NCBI RefSeq assembly: GCF_021869535.1
Contig: NW_026262690.1
Span: 113,708,001 to 113,772,000, forward strand
Origin: Mytilus californianus
Lineage: Eukaryota
DNA: 64,000 bases
Reading direction: 5' to 3'
A program made the position numbers and the translations under genes. Of the stretch, positions 12,722 to 25,904 are shown one piece after another. How positions within the stretch are numbered: the first letter of the stretch is position 1; the number at the start of each line of letters is the position of its first letter. The notes under the pieces were generated by a model. That model saw only the letters and a list, made by a program, of their open reading frames with translations, was not told where the DNA came from and ran no database searches.

Positions 12722-13283
12722 GCACTAGGTGGATACCGCTGCTGGGGGACAGTAGTCAGTGCTTTGACACTGATATGATTTATAACATGAATTTATAAAA
12801 TTTTACATTACCAAATTGAGAAATGATTAAGAAATTAGGATTCTAGTCCCCCCTCCCCCGGACCAAGTTGACCTTGGATGATTTTTGGCTATACTGTTTA
12901 TGTCCCGTTCGGTCATAAAGCTACTTAAGTATTTATACATCGACGACTTAATTTTTTTGTTATGAGCGTTCCTGAAGAAGGTTACTGTGAAAGTACCTTT
13001 ATTCGTGGGGTATCAATTTTCGTGGTTTTCGTGGATGGCTTTATCCACGAATTTAAGTGTCCAACGAAATGTAACAATTGTTGTCTAAATCAAGACATGG
13101 AAAGATCCCCATGTAGGTTTGACTACGTGGATATGGGAATATAATATGGAGAATACATCGAATATCAGCAAACGCACTATGAACTATAGATACAACTTAG
13201 GCAGGATTTTACCCATTTAATCTTTAAAAAAAAACAAAAAGTACGACTTTTAACCTTTCAATCTAGAAAAGCGCTTCGGACGC
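12722..13283 (+). mobile_element. Retrozyme family B copy with hammerhead split by an insertion
   Basis: Body resembles 31370-31570; hammerhead 5' half GCGTTC-CTGAAGA-AGG at 12966-12981; 3' half GAAA-A-GCGC-TT-C-GGACGC at 13266-13283. Confidence 0.7.
12985..13080. mobile_element. Tc1/mariner-pogo-like MITE fragment (TA-CTGT end, CCACGAA motifs)
   Basis: TACTGTG..TTATTCGTGGGGTATCAATTTTCGTGG matches the family seen at 62978-63195. Confidence 0.6.
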
Positions 13284-15425
13284 ACCAAACGTTATGAACA
13301 TTAATTTTCATACTTTTAACTCAAATGGACAGTAGGAATTCCAAAGATACCAAATATGCTTCCATGCAAGCTGATTAGTTTTTGTACTCGTACGACTGAA
13401 TAGAACTAATACAATAATCGTGTATTTTATCTTCACGTCGGTTTCACACTTAGAACTGTTTTGTGTAATTGATGACGGTTAGGACTCAAACCTAGAATCT
13501 ATGACAAATGGGATGATTCAGTTTCCTATTGTCCATTTCCTATTCTTTGATTAACAACAAACACACAATATGTCCAAAATATAACGCTAAATTTGTGCTA
13601 GGACTGCGATCGTTTAAGCTATCGGTTCATTGAAAATGAATGCTATTCTTATACAAATTAGATAATTTGACAAATTCAAAATAAAGACCCACTTCTGTCA
13701 GTCCGAAATAAAATGTAGGCCAACACTTTCTAACACAGAAAGTGGTCAAACAATGTAACAACAAATCTCATTATAGCAATTTAATATCATTAAGACATTC
13801 CAATCGTCATTCAAGGGTTTGTATCGGTATCTCAAGTCATATGTTACAAAGAAAATCTGGCACAATAGAAGATGTAAATGGGTATCAAATTGACAAATTC
13901 GGTTGTAATCCATAATGTTTATAAACATTAAGGTGATGGGGACCAATCAACACGGCCATTCTGAGTCATATTTGATCTAATTGTTAGTCAAATGAAGATT
14001 AATGATTTCAAGGCTACAGACATTGATCGAATCGTGATTGAAATTTTTGTTTGAAGTGTTCTATTTGTGACATTAAAAAAATTAAATACAAAAATCTTGT
14101 GCATTAATTAGCAATGGGACAGGAGCTTGCTGAAGTAATAACTTTAGATATGAAAATGCATATCTTTAGTAATTTAAGAATACGGTAAAAACAAATGAGC
14201 AAACCGAAGTAAATATCAATAATATTAACAATAAAAAATCGAGCAAAAAATAAATTATTCAAATTACCACTTAGCGGGGTATACTTATACATAGTATAAT
14301 TATTTGTCGAAAAAATAAGAGTATCAGACTCAATATACCATTGGGATAACAATTTGCCTCAGTCGGAGTTGGCTGTGTTTGCCTAGCACCGTGTTGTCTC
14401 TTTGTCGTTTGCAAATAATCACAATTTTTTTAAGAAACGAAACAAAGCCACAATTAATCAATTTCAGACAAATGTGGTTCCTGTGCCATGTCTTTATCAA
14501 TAGGATGGAAAGACAATGTTTCTGATTCATCAGGACTAATTAATAATTTAAGATTAATGTGAAAACATTGACACATGACACGGGATCAGATATAAGGACG
14601 GACGAAGTAAAAATACCGTTAGACTGAACCAAGATAACTTCCCTGATTACAACACCAAATGGACAATTTATATTAGCACGAGAATTTGAAATGGCTCACT
14701 GGATTCTGACTTCACTTGCGACTAAAGAGTTACGTGTCTATCCTACTTTAAGGAAACATGCTTAACTAATTGTGGCTAAACCCTGCTGACACTTTACTTC
14801 TTGTCAATATAACATTTTAAAGAAATGTCAACCAGTAATTAACTTGTGGTCAAATATATTGATGATTCGGTGAGCCTGACTTGGGAAGTGCACGGAAAGA
14901 TACACATATGCTATAAATAGATATAACAACATTTATTGTGGTTATAAAAAAATCAATCCGAAGGTATTGATAGGAACATACAATGACAAAAAAATCAAAT
15001 AAAACAATAAAAAAACCCTTAAGATTTGGTAACAAACATGCAAAATAATGTATACCAAAGTAAAATTAAGAGTCAATTCGCGTGCAACTGTTCGGGTACT
15101 CCGGTTAAATCTAAGGTGTCAAAATATGAACAAGGGGAAAAAAGACTGATAGAGATTTTGTATAGATTGCACTAAAAAACGTGACAGCACAATATGCTTA
15201 CTCTAACGAAGCACTTGATATAACATCCGATTTCAATAGGAGCTAGAACTGTCTAAAATCTTAACTTTTATGTTTGTAAATACACGAATAAGCCGAGGAG
15301 ATATGGGGCATACATCAATGAGACCGGAAGTCAAACAACACAGCAAAAAAAACCCCAAAAAATCTTATTTTCTGATCGAACGCTTGTTTCATTCGCTTTT
15401 GATTGTTTCGTTCGTCTATTGCTCT

Positions 15426-15488
15426 TAGCCTGGTATCCCGGCCCAATCTCAAGATTCGCGTTGCAAGTTGAGCCAGGAACCCAGGCTA
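15426..15488. mobile_element. 63-bp TIR element with TAG...CTA termini (Academ-like, inferred)
   Basis: TAGCCTGGTATCCCGGC pairs with GAGCCAGGAACCCAGGCTA. Confidence 0.6.
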
Positions 15489-15959
15489 CTATTGTTCTCC
15501 GATGTCGATTACACCCCCTCCTTTTTCATCATAGGTGGTTATTCTATCGCGAGATTGCTTTTTGACGCCGAGAATTTCTTACAATTTCATTTAGTAGCCA
15601 ATACTTTTATTAGAAATTGTATCATTATGTTTGATCCCTGGGTTGGTACTGCTGCTGGAGAACTATATTTACGGGAGAGTATCTTACGGCGAGCAGACGG
15701 TGCTTCGTAATGACCATAATTCAAATAGTTACGTGTAAATTTCATAAAATTAAGTCTTAAATAGTTTTTGCTGTTTTGTTTAGGTGTTTTTACAACGTTT
15801 TTACATTTTGGCTTTCCCAGCTTTTCGTCGATCTCTCTTCCGTTCCATATATCGTAAGACTACACTAAATATTGTGCACTCATATATAACTTATATTATG
15901 TGCCGGAGATTGGCTTTTTGTCGATCGAAATACGTATTGTGCATGCGGAATCATGTAAA

Positions 15960-16237
15960 ACATGTTTAACCCCGCCGCATTTTTGCGCCTGTCCCAAGTC
16001 AGTAGCCTCTGGCCTTTGTAAGTCTAATATGTTTTCATTAATTTTAGTTCATAAATTTTATATGTCCATTTTCACTGAACTAGTACACATTTTTGTTTAG
16101 GGGCCAGCTGAAGCCCGCCTCCAGGTGCGAGATTTTCTCGCTGTGTTGAAGACCCATTGGTGGCCTTGGGCTGTTTACTGCTCTTTGGTCGGTTTGTTGT
16201 CTCTTTGACACATTCCCCCTTCCTATTCTCAATTTTT
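15960..16237 (+). repeat. Interspersed repeat with core AACCCCGCCGCATT..CCTGTCCCAAGTCAG and end GACACATTCCCC..TTCTCAATTTT
   Basis: Core shared with 17800-17855 (-) and 28113-28160; 3' part repeated at 61423-61540. Confidence 0.8.
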
Positions 16238-17550
16238 TTTTAAATTTTTTTTATGCTTTTATGTTTTTCTTAATAATCAAGTAAAGTTATAGTATTTCAC
16301 AAGACAATTAAGGATTGTAGTTTCATATTGCCAATTTTTTTCCCTGATACAGTATTTTTTTGAACAGGAACTTAGCACGTGTTAGTTTTGGATCGATAAA
16401 TCTGCGCCGGAATGTCGAAGTTAAAAGTCAAAAACTAATACAATGTGTGTGCATTGTGGTTAATAATTTTCAAAGCTGATATCTATCCTCTAACTATAAT
16501 TAATATTTCTCTTATTAAAATACAGGAAACAGTCAATACACAATTAGTAAAATATGAAATTCTATAACCATATATAGATATACTATTGACAGATAGTCTT
16601 ATCTGATGAGCACAGGAATTTTGAACTTAGTACCCTGTCACTTGTACAAAACAAACCAAATTGCTGTATAGACATAAACCATTACACCCTGGGATATGCA
16701 TATTAGATATAACAATGAATCGTTGATTCCTTTCAGAAAACTCATTGCTTTTCAAAAACATGCCTTGTTAATTCATGTGTAAATTATCTGCCCTTCAATA
16801 TCACATTATCATATATTTTCTCGATTTCCTTGGTCGAGTCAACTTGACCGTAATAAACAACTCGACAATGAAAGTCTTTCCAGCGTGAAAAAGATAGAAT
16901 TGGCGAAAGGTACGGCGTCCAATTCGACCTATCCTTGAACTACGAGCATAATAATAGAAAAACGTATTAAAATGAATAAAACATCAGAACCATGTTGATC
17001 TTTAGTGAGATTTAGATTGACGATATTGATTGTGAACCGTCAAGGAATCATAGCCTTCGACCATAAAAATAAACCAACAATTGTCCTTTTGACTCGGTTA
17101 AACAGCATTATCTATCTTTTCAATTCAACATGTCCCCTAGTTTCTAATTTCAAACTTTTGCATACAAATTGGTAAAAAGAGAAGTTTGAATACACTGACT
17201 ACATGTTGAGCATGTTCAATGATTTTTTTAAAAATTGATCTGGACGCCACTTTAGATCCTAAAATAGACGGGATGTTTGTTTTCGTTGAATAGCATTTCG
17301 TGACTTTCAATAGAATAAGCAATACCCTGCAAAGAAGAATTAGATTATTAAGACCGACTTTGATGTTAAGAGTAGATTTGCTACCAATATACCCCAATAA
17401 AGTAGAGGAATCGTGGAACTTATTTACAGTCCAGTAGTTAGCACTTTTTTGTTGACATGAAATATTATTGATGTGCTCATTTTCTGTAAAATTACTGTTT
17501 ATAAAATGTTGAATTATTCGAAACACTAAGGTTTTTTCTATCCCCATATA

Positions 17551-17880
17551 AAAATAAGGAGATGAGGTATGATTGCCACTGAGACAACTATGCACCAAAG
17601 GTCAAATAAAGTGGATGTAAGCAATTATAGGCCACCGTACGGCCTTCAACAATAAGAAAAACCCATACCGTATAGTCGGCTATAAAAGGCCCCGACATGA
17701 AAATTATGAAACAATTCAATTGAGAAATCTAACGGCATAATTTATAACAAAATAATTAACGAAAAACAAATATGACAGACATTAACCAACGACAACCACT
17801 GAACTACAGGCTCCTGAATTGGGACAGGCACATAAAGTATGTGGCGAGGTTAAACATGTTTGTGAGCGCTCAACCCTCCC
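17551..17880 (+). repeat. Long copy of the head-motif interspersed repeat
   Basis: Head motif followed by ACAACCACTGAACTACAGGCTCCTGAATTGGGACAGGCAC. It supplies the N-terminus of ORF 17137-17598. Confidence 0.85.
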
Positions 17881-17968
17881 ATGCACAGATTACCATTGAC
17901 GTATAGGTACATCTTATCGGACTTCTGGGATTTTCATTCTCTTCAACTTCGTGTTAGATTCGATTCGA

Positions 17969-18012
17969 GCGCCACTGATGAGCCTTATGTAGACGAAACG
18001 CACGTATGGCGT
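17969..18012 (+). ncRNA. Type I hammerhead ribozyme, family A, catalytic core intact
   Basis: Stem I GCGCCA/TGGCGT; CTGATGA 17975-81; stem II GCC/GAC (one mismatch); GAAA 17995-98; stem III AC-GCAC-GT; GUA cleavage triplet 18004-06. Confidence 0.82.
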
Positions 18013-20719
18013 ACCAAATTATATGCATGGTATACTTGATAAGCTTTTACAATGTAATAATCATGTTTACGCCATAAGTATTTTGGAGTCCTTCGGACAA
18101 CTATTTTATAGAATCAAGTTTTTGATATCATTAAAAAAAATATATATAAATAGTATTTTCAACATTTCTTTACATTTCACTTCTAAATTTCACAACTATT
18201 GTTAATATTTGAAAAAAATAAGACCAACCTTTATCGTCCTGTAATATTAAAGGAGTACAACGAAATTTGTAACCCCGACTAGCAATTTTGTTTGAAATAT
18301 AAATCCCTGAACAATATATACTATTATCCTTTTTGAATTATTTTCAGTGGGGTCAAATTAAAATTACGTTCGCTCGCTCTAAACTGTAAAGTATATAAGG
18401 TACTGCTTTTTTTTAAATTTTGGTTTATTTCTTCAACCCGACAGAAATCTATATCTTTCAAATTTTACCCACAGTATATTTAGATGAACACCCTCATCTT
18501 TAACTGTGCCAGTGTGTTCCTCAACTCATGGCTCTTTTGTGATTCTATGACAACGAGACATTTTACTGAGGCAACAAAAATCCATATTAATTTTCGGCAT
18601 GTTGTTATTTGTTCTTGTTCAGTTTCGTATTTTCTTGTAACAATTTTTTTTTATTGGTGTATAGGAACTACAATTCTACGCATGCATTCATTTCCTTAGT
18701 GACATTTATAGTCTGATAGTACGATAATTGCGTTTTTTATTTCTTGTCAGGTACAATTTTGCTGCATTCGATTAAATTTGCAGTCATTAAATATTCAGTT
18801 TACAGACCAAAGGGCGACAATTCAAGGCTTGCTAAGAATTAAAAAGTTAAAAATATCAAATGCTTTACTGAATAAAACTGATTTTTTTTCTTCGGAGATT
18901 TAAAATCTGCATTTATTTTAAAACAATAGCGCCAGTTTGTAATATGATCAATTTGAGACCTCCCATAATTAACAGTTACAAATTTCTTACAATTCGTTAA
19001 AAATTTCCAATATGAGTGTAAAGATTTTGTATAGATTACAGAAACGTTAATTACTTCCAACAAAAGGATAGATAGATGGTACACCTGGCTTAGATCGAAC
19101 GTAAAACAAAAACTTGGTATAGCGTTAACGGTATAGAAACACTTTAGTATAGAGTTCATATTATGGAAACCATCAAGTGTAAAGTTTATATTGTTTAAAA
19201 CAATAGATAGGGAGTTTGAAATTGAAACAATAGAAGAGAGATTTGTTGATGTTTTATATTGACCTTCTGATAAAACTTCACTTTGATACTGATAGCAGCG
19301 AGTATCAAGATGATTCCTAACGACCTGTAAATACCAAAGATTTTTGTTTACTTTTTATAACAAAACAAAACGATAAAAGACTGGAGAAATGATATAGAAA
19401 AGAAATTTAAGCAGATAAAGTGCTACAGTTTTCACAATGTTCGCTTTGTTGAGAATTTACCGGTGAATTTCTACTGATACAGCTTGATTGTTTAGATAAA
19501 ATGTTTACATTTAAATTGTTTTGTTTTTATTTGCAATTAAATATCATGTTTTTACTATAACGTTACACTTTAACCACCGCGAAGATGAAATTTATAGTAC
19601 CTTTGTTTCTTTTAACGCAATTAAATTTTACGGGGTGACAAAAAATCATAATATATTTCCATTTTACTGAGCATGAGGAACATAAAATTACAGATTTTAT
19701 CATTGGCAATGAAAGACATTAAAATTTCTTTTTCAAATCTTTTTTTCTACTTTGTCTTTTCCTTCTTTTATAAGACATAAAATTGTGAATGTATTTAAAA
19801 GATAATTGTTAATGTGTGCTGAGGCATTCGGTACATAAGAATTAACTTCCCTCTGATAGCAACCTTTTCTGTATGCGACTTTAATTTTATATATAAGAAA
19901 TATAAAAGGCGGAAATGCCAAAAAACGGGAGATGTTTATTTGTGTATGTGCAACAGTGTCTATAGGGAAACTTTGCCACATTTAATCTAATTAAACTTCA
20001 AGTATGCCGGAATGCTTTGAAAGAATGGTTGACATTCGATATACTCATAAATGTACATGTAAATTAAGGAAGAAAAGCTAGGTTTTTCCCTGTTAATATT
20101 TTCACTTTCCCTTCACCCTTGTAGGTCACTGCAATCAGACAGTAAATATTAGAAAGATGAAATACTTATCTATTTAATTATCACTAATGTCTTTTATCCA
20201 AAGTGTTTCAGTGTGTTTATAACACAGGCTAAGTACAGGGGAAAGTAACGACCTTTTATCATGTCAAATTTGACGAACACCATGACCACTTCAACTTACA
20301 CGTGTACCGTACAACCTCCGAGTTTAATGATCTTTTCATCAAGCATAAAACTTTTTATTAAATTTATATCTAATTTTAGATGACAACATTAATGACCACG
20401 AGCTGAAAACACGCACGGCACCTGTAACATAATCTTTTTAGAAACAATTACAAGATCATTAATTTCAGTAACACGAACAAGCAGAGAATATCAAGAAAAT
20501 TTATAGCAACCACTGGCTTATGGGAAAAAATTTATAGTTGGCTCCGATGATCGCATTTTTGTTTTTGTTTATGTTTATTATTCATTAATGGCATTGTGTC
20601 ACAGATCACCATGATTTATATGACAATAAAGTATTTATTTTCCCCTTAAAAACAGTTTTGAACTAAAGTCCGAAGACTACCTATTTTTTTCAGTTATATG
20701 GTCAACTAGTTTCATATTC

Positions 20720-20810
20720 GTATTTGATTTCGCCTTCGAACTTTTTTTCATTTGAGCGCCACTGCAAGTCTCGTATACACGTGCATTTTGCGAACTAAAT
20801 TATAAGCCCG
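20720..20810 (+). mobile_element. Degraded retrozyme family A relic
   Basis: TTTGAGCGCCACTG..AACTAAATTATAAGCCCGG matches family A flanks; core destroyed. Confidence 0.5.
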
Positions 20811-21057
20811 GTTTCTCTAAAAAAAAATTCAACATGCTAGTGTTTTTATTAAACTTATTTGATATCTTGTCACAAAACAAAATTAGGTGTTTAATGGCAA
20901 TAACATATTGATATTGAATTGAAATTGTATTGCTTTTGCATCTATAGGATCATTTGAATTCACAGAATTATTGGACTGTGGGGAGTCCTTCTCATTGGTT
21001 TATTGACATTGCAAATTTTAAGACTTAAGTGAAAGAAAATAACACTATATAAAGTTC

Positions 21058-21215
21058 ATGCGTCCGAGGCACTTTTCTGGAATTAACTTCATCAGTAACG
21101 CTCAACGCCAAAAATTTTAAAGACAGGCCGCATGTATAAAATACGTTAAACACATGGGGCTATATAATAAAAAGGACCTAAAAAATAGCCAAATTCTTTT
21201 GAGGTCAACTTTGCA
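21058..21215 (-). mobile_element. Retrozyme family B fragment with degenerate hammerhead
   Basis: Minus strand reads GCGTTA-CTGATGA-AGTTAATTCCA-GAAA-AGTGCCTC-GGACGC, preceded by AAGTTGACCT..TTTGGCTA as at 12865-12890. Confidence 0.7.
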
Positions 21216-21494
21216 ATATCGTTAAGTATGACTATTTGGTTTTGCAAGTACTTTTTTGGAAAAAGGCCGAATGCAATATATATATATATAGTAGGTTTAG
21301 TGTTGACTACAAGAAACTTAACCACGCACAATGCAAGAGTTACTTATCCGATGCCAAAATCAGAATACTGATTTGTTTTATTAAGTAGATCACATGTAAT
21401 CTAAAGTACTTTCTAAATATAAATGATAAAAAAAACGAATATCGAATTAAAATAAAGTATTATGATAAGTATATATTTGATGATACTAGTGGTT

Positions 21495-21650
21495 CAGGAA
21501 CCGTTATCCCTTCAGGAGCAGAGGATTTTCTCCCCGGTGTTCTGGAGCGGTTCTTGCTCCTCTATGTTAAGTTTCGTGTGTAATGCTTTGTGGGCTTGGC
21601 TGATAATCTTACTTTTTGGGTCATGGTGTTGTCCACCTTTCTTCGACTAT
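21495..21650 (+). repeat. Degenerate copy of the common element (CCCTTCAGGAGCA...TCATGGTGTTGTCC)
   Basis: Motif similarity to 28780-28930. Confidence 0.5.
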
Positions 21651-23806
21651 TGTTTTTTTTTATTGTTTCTTTATTCATTTGAATAAGGATATACTGATAT
21701 GGTGTTACAGACGAAATGTCCCATCCAAATTGACTAGAAATACCTTGAATATATAGTGTTGTATAATATTAAGCGAAAAAAATTCAATATATACATAAGA
21801 TTCATGTTTTTACTTTCTTTTTACATATAACATCCTAAATAGGAAACTAAAAAAAATGTAACAATGCAGTAATTTTTTTCTTGTCTAATATACATGACTA
21901 ACAAATTAATTTTGGTTGCAAAATGATAAACATACTTCCCCGTACAATTATAGATCATATTTTGTACATTATTATTTCAAATTTAATTAGTGTTGGCAAT
22001 TTTACAAATTGCACAATATGCAGGAAGAAGATAAAACAGAGACTCTCATTGAAATTTAAATATAACCAAGATTTACTTAACATAACAGATAACATTAATT
22101 TGACCTCGGCACTATAGAACTTCTCAAGTTTGTCGTCAGTATGTTTGATAATAATGTAAAATATTACATCATATGGTGCATAGGACATGAGAAAACTATC
22201 GATATTCTAAACAGATGATGTTTATAATTGCCGAGGCTTTAACGAGGGAGATATATTTAAAGATAAATATATGTATACAGTCTAGAAATGTCAGTACAGC
22301 ATTGACTTCAAATTGAAACTTGCATACCACCATGCATACAACTGATGGAAACCAATTTAACGGTTTAGTCTACATTTATGTTTAATAATTGCAAAATAAT
22401 AATATTAATAATAATAATAGGTTGGTGTCACTGTAATATAAGGGGAAAATAGAAATTCGATATGCTAACATCGGCTCATCGCAAGAGTGAGACTTGAATT
22501 GATGATGTCAGAACTGCTAATATGGCATATTCTGCGTGGAATGTGTAAATTACAAAGACGGGAGCTACAACATTGTAGTGATTGATTGTTTATGGGATAA
22601 CTCTCATCAGGTACGCTTAGACCAAAAGTTTTAAAGACAAATAAATATATAATGGTCCTTATGTGTTTCCAGTAATGGTGGTTTCTGTCCATTTGGTTAT
22701 GTGTTAGTGAGAAACTTAAATCAACAGATTCTAGAAATCCCAAAATCATGATGCATTGAAAAAAAATATTTCAATTCTTACATACAATTAGAAGAATTTT
22801 AGTATGTATTAACCTTCAAATTCACCGAATAGTCCATAATTACCAAGAAAGAAATTATGAGAGTTTTAAATATATTCATGAAGTCTATTGTAAGATCCGA
22901 CATTAACGTCATATGAATTCCTTTGACAAACCAACTGTAATCAATTGCAATAAGAAAAACTCTGATCAACTTCCTTAAAAACAATCTGACCGATAAAATT
23001 AAAATTTAATGTAACCTTCGATCAGGTATTATTCGAGATGCATGACTGACACGTTTGCATCCTCAGTGAAACCATCTGTTGATTTGAAACACAATTAAAC
23101 ATGCAAAGACGATTCTCTGACGAACAGAAGAATCATTGAACTTAAACTCAAAACTTGAATGAAAAGTTATTTTCATCCATCTGATTTGTTGAAAAAGGAA
23201 GATTTCAACATTCATCTTAATAAACTTAATTAGATTACAATGTCTGTGATAAATGGTTACATTAAAACATGGCAAATGACCAAATGATGAGTTATTTTTT
23301 CTCGAGCACGTGTATACAAACTGGATAATGACGGGTATTATTTGCAGAATCAGGCTATTTACTAATAATTCAAACCTAGTCCGATAACCTTCAATTTGAC
23401 CTTTGTACCGACCCTTGACTGAAGTTTTTATTCTAGATGAGTATTGCGCTATAAAAGACATGTAGAAGATATGCATCCTTGGGTAAAAAATTGGCAGGTA
23501 GTCTGCAACGTACCTGGACAAAGCTGTTCTGGACTACATCAGCAATATCGTCTCAATTATGTTTTTTTCTACCTTAGATAAGGTGCAAAGTGATAACGTT
23601 CCCAGGTGAGATAGTGAAGAAATCCATCTGACAACCAAATCGTTTTACAAAGCAATATAGATGCATATTCGTGTAAGGAAAGAATGTTGAATTGAAGACC
23701 AGACCAAATGTCAGACAAATACTAAAGTATAATGTAGACAGTTATACTATGAAAGCTTACATTTAACTACGAGAATAATGTTACCAAATCATATACCCTA
23801 CAGAAA

Positions 23807-23982
23807 CAGGGGCGGATTCAGGCGGTGGCGTGAGCCCCCCTAAAATTTGCAAACCATGGGTTGTCCTCGGCTTAATAAAGAATATATCGATAAGTTTACC
23901 TCCAAAAAATATTCGCCTCACTCCGCTCGGCGAAAATATTTAAGTTTGCGCCCCCTAGCCTAAAATCCTGGACCCGCCCCTG
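23807..23982. mobile_element. MITE, CAGGGGCGG TIR, 5-bp TSD AGAAA
   Basis: CAGGGGCGGATTCAGG...CCTGGACCCGCCCCTG; AGAAA at 23802-06 and 23983-87. Confidence 0.88.
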
Positions 23983-24138
23983 AGAAAAAACAATAGGATA
24001 ATAATAGATATTTGTTTTCATTCTTAACAAGTCACGTTAGTATTTTGATTTACCTCTGATGGCAAATTAGTCGAAATATTACTAATATTATTTTATGCAT
24101 CTTTTAAGCCAATTTATTTTTTCTTCAAAATTAATGTA

Positions 24139-24262
24139 TTTTAGGTTAGGGGGCGCAAACTTAAATATTTTCGCCGAGCGGAGTGAGGCGAACATTTTTT
24201 GGAGGTAAACTTATCGATATATTCTTTATTAAGCCGAGGACAACCTATGGTTTGCAAATTTT
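24139..24262 (-). repeat. Inverted duplicate of MITE interior 23842-23965, lacking TIRs
   Basis: 124-bp arms, 3 mismatches by eye, 173-bp spacer. Confidence 0.92.
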
Positions 24263-24576
24263 GCAAAAGCCCGTCCCTTTTAATGTATGTTCCCCTGCCA
24301 GACTCCAAACAGTTTCAATGTCGTTTGAATAACCAAAGTCACCAGGTTCGCAGTGGAATAAATATGTGTACCCTTTTGAACGCAAGGTGAATATAGATCG
24401 CATTTTATTTTACAAATAAACTTTAAATTAACAAAAAAAAAAACATACGAATCCCGGTTTTGGATGTAGAAAATAAGAAGGTTCCTATTACATATTTTGG
24501 AAGGAGATTATAGGTAAAAACTGGGGGAGACATGTCAACTGCTCACATGTATGGTCTTTAACAAATGATACAAACT

Positions 24577-24880
24577 TTACTCCCATAAAAAACCCTGATA
24601 TATGAATATCAAGTGTCTAGCTAGGTGTGGAAAAGTAGAAGTTCCATTCAATAGCAAAGCATGCAATTTTTGAAGGGGTTTTATAGGTAAATTTCCGGGA
24701 AAACGTGTTTTAGTCATAGTTCTGACAATTTCACGCGTTTTGTATTCAGAACAAGAGAAATTCCCTTGATGGATTAGCCTATGTTTGGCAACTACATGTT
24801 GCAATTGTCGTATGATGCAAGCATGTTCTTCTACATAATGTAGGGGAAAATCATAGGACCGATGGCTAGGCGAGCTAAAT
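24577..24880 (-). CDS. Candidate ~100-codon terminal exon or coding relic, product unknown
   Basis: Stop-free frame from 24903 to TAA near 24577; acceptor TTTTGGTTACAG near 24880; peptide ..YDFPLHYVEEHACIIRQLQHVVAKHRL..; no family recognised. Confidence 0.25.
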
Positions 24881-25904
24881 CTGTAACCAAAACAGTTTCG
24901 CTCCTAACTACTTAGTGCAGGGAGATTGACGATCAACTCTGGTGACGCTATCGGATAATTCATCAACAAAAGATAAGATAAAAAAGGTAGTACTTTAGAT
25001 ACCACAAGTGTGCTTGACATTGTTGTTTCTCCTAGTTCATGGTAAAACGCATACAAACATGACATTATGCCAAACACAAGCCATGAAGAATGCTACAAAA
25101 GCCTTTTTTTTTATCAATGAAACCTCATATAACACCAGAGGCGAGGAAAAAAACACAAGGGCAAAATCTTGAAAATGCAGTCATTATAAATCATATAAAG
25201 TGTATTGTCAATCAATTTAATTAACAGCAAATTAAGCGCACGTGTTTTTTGCCAATAGCAGTCGGAAAATACAACAAACTTCATTCAGTCGTTTTATCAA
25301 CGGGCCTTGAACGTTAAAGAACGATACGATGTAGCTGTCTGTCTTCAGAAACGTTGTCTAAAATTGATAGGAAACGAATTTTAGAATGAAAATCAAACCA
25401 TTCGTAGTGGTTCACTGACAAGACAAGCAAATCAATTTGTGTTATCCAAAATACATTTATCAAACACAGGTACGTCTTTTATCAATACATTAGTACATAC
25501 ACTCAGGAAACGTTGGCATTATAAATGGTTGCTAAGGATGAAAGGTTTTACTAACAATGATACAGGTGTCTATATTATCGTATTGCATATGCATAGATTA
25601 GATGCAAAAATAAATAGAATGTTTATTTACAAATGTATAGTACTATGCAAACATGTTACCACCTTGGAATTAAACTAGATATTTGAAATTAGAACGCTAC
25701 AACCTTGTAACGCCACTGACATACGAAATTTCCGAGGCAAAATCTTACCGATATTTTACCAAAATCAATCAATAATTAAAATAGAGCATATAAAAGCTGA
25801 TCATGTCTTACGTATAAAGAAAATCTCTTCGTTATACGGGAGGGTCTACATTTGGATTTAAAAAATAGAAATAATGGGACAAAAAATAAAGAGATTGACA
25901 AATG

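Noticed and set aside
17137-17598. 153-aa ORF
   Set aside because: Starts in a dispersed repeat, with a TTG/GTG-type start, no recognisable domain and no splice support.
23063-23521. 152-aa ORF
   Set aside because: Non-ATG start, no recognisable motif, no supporting splice sites.
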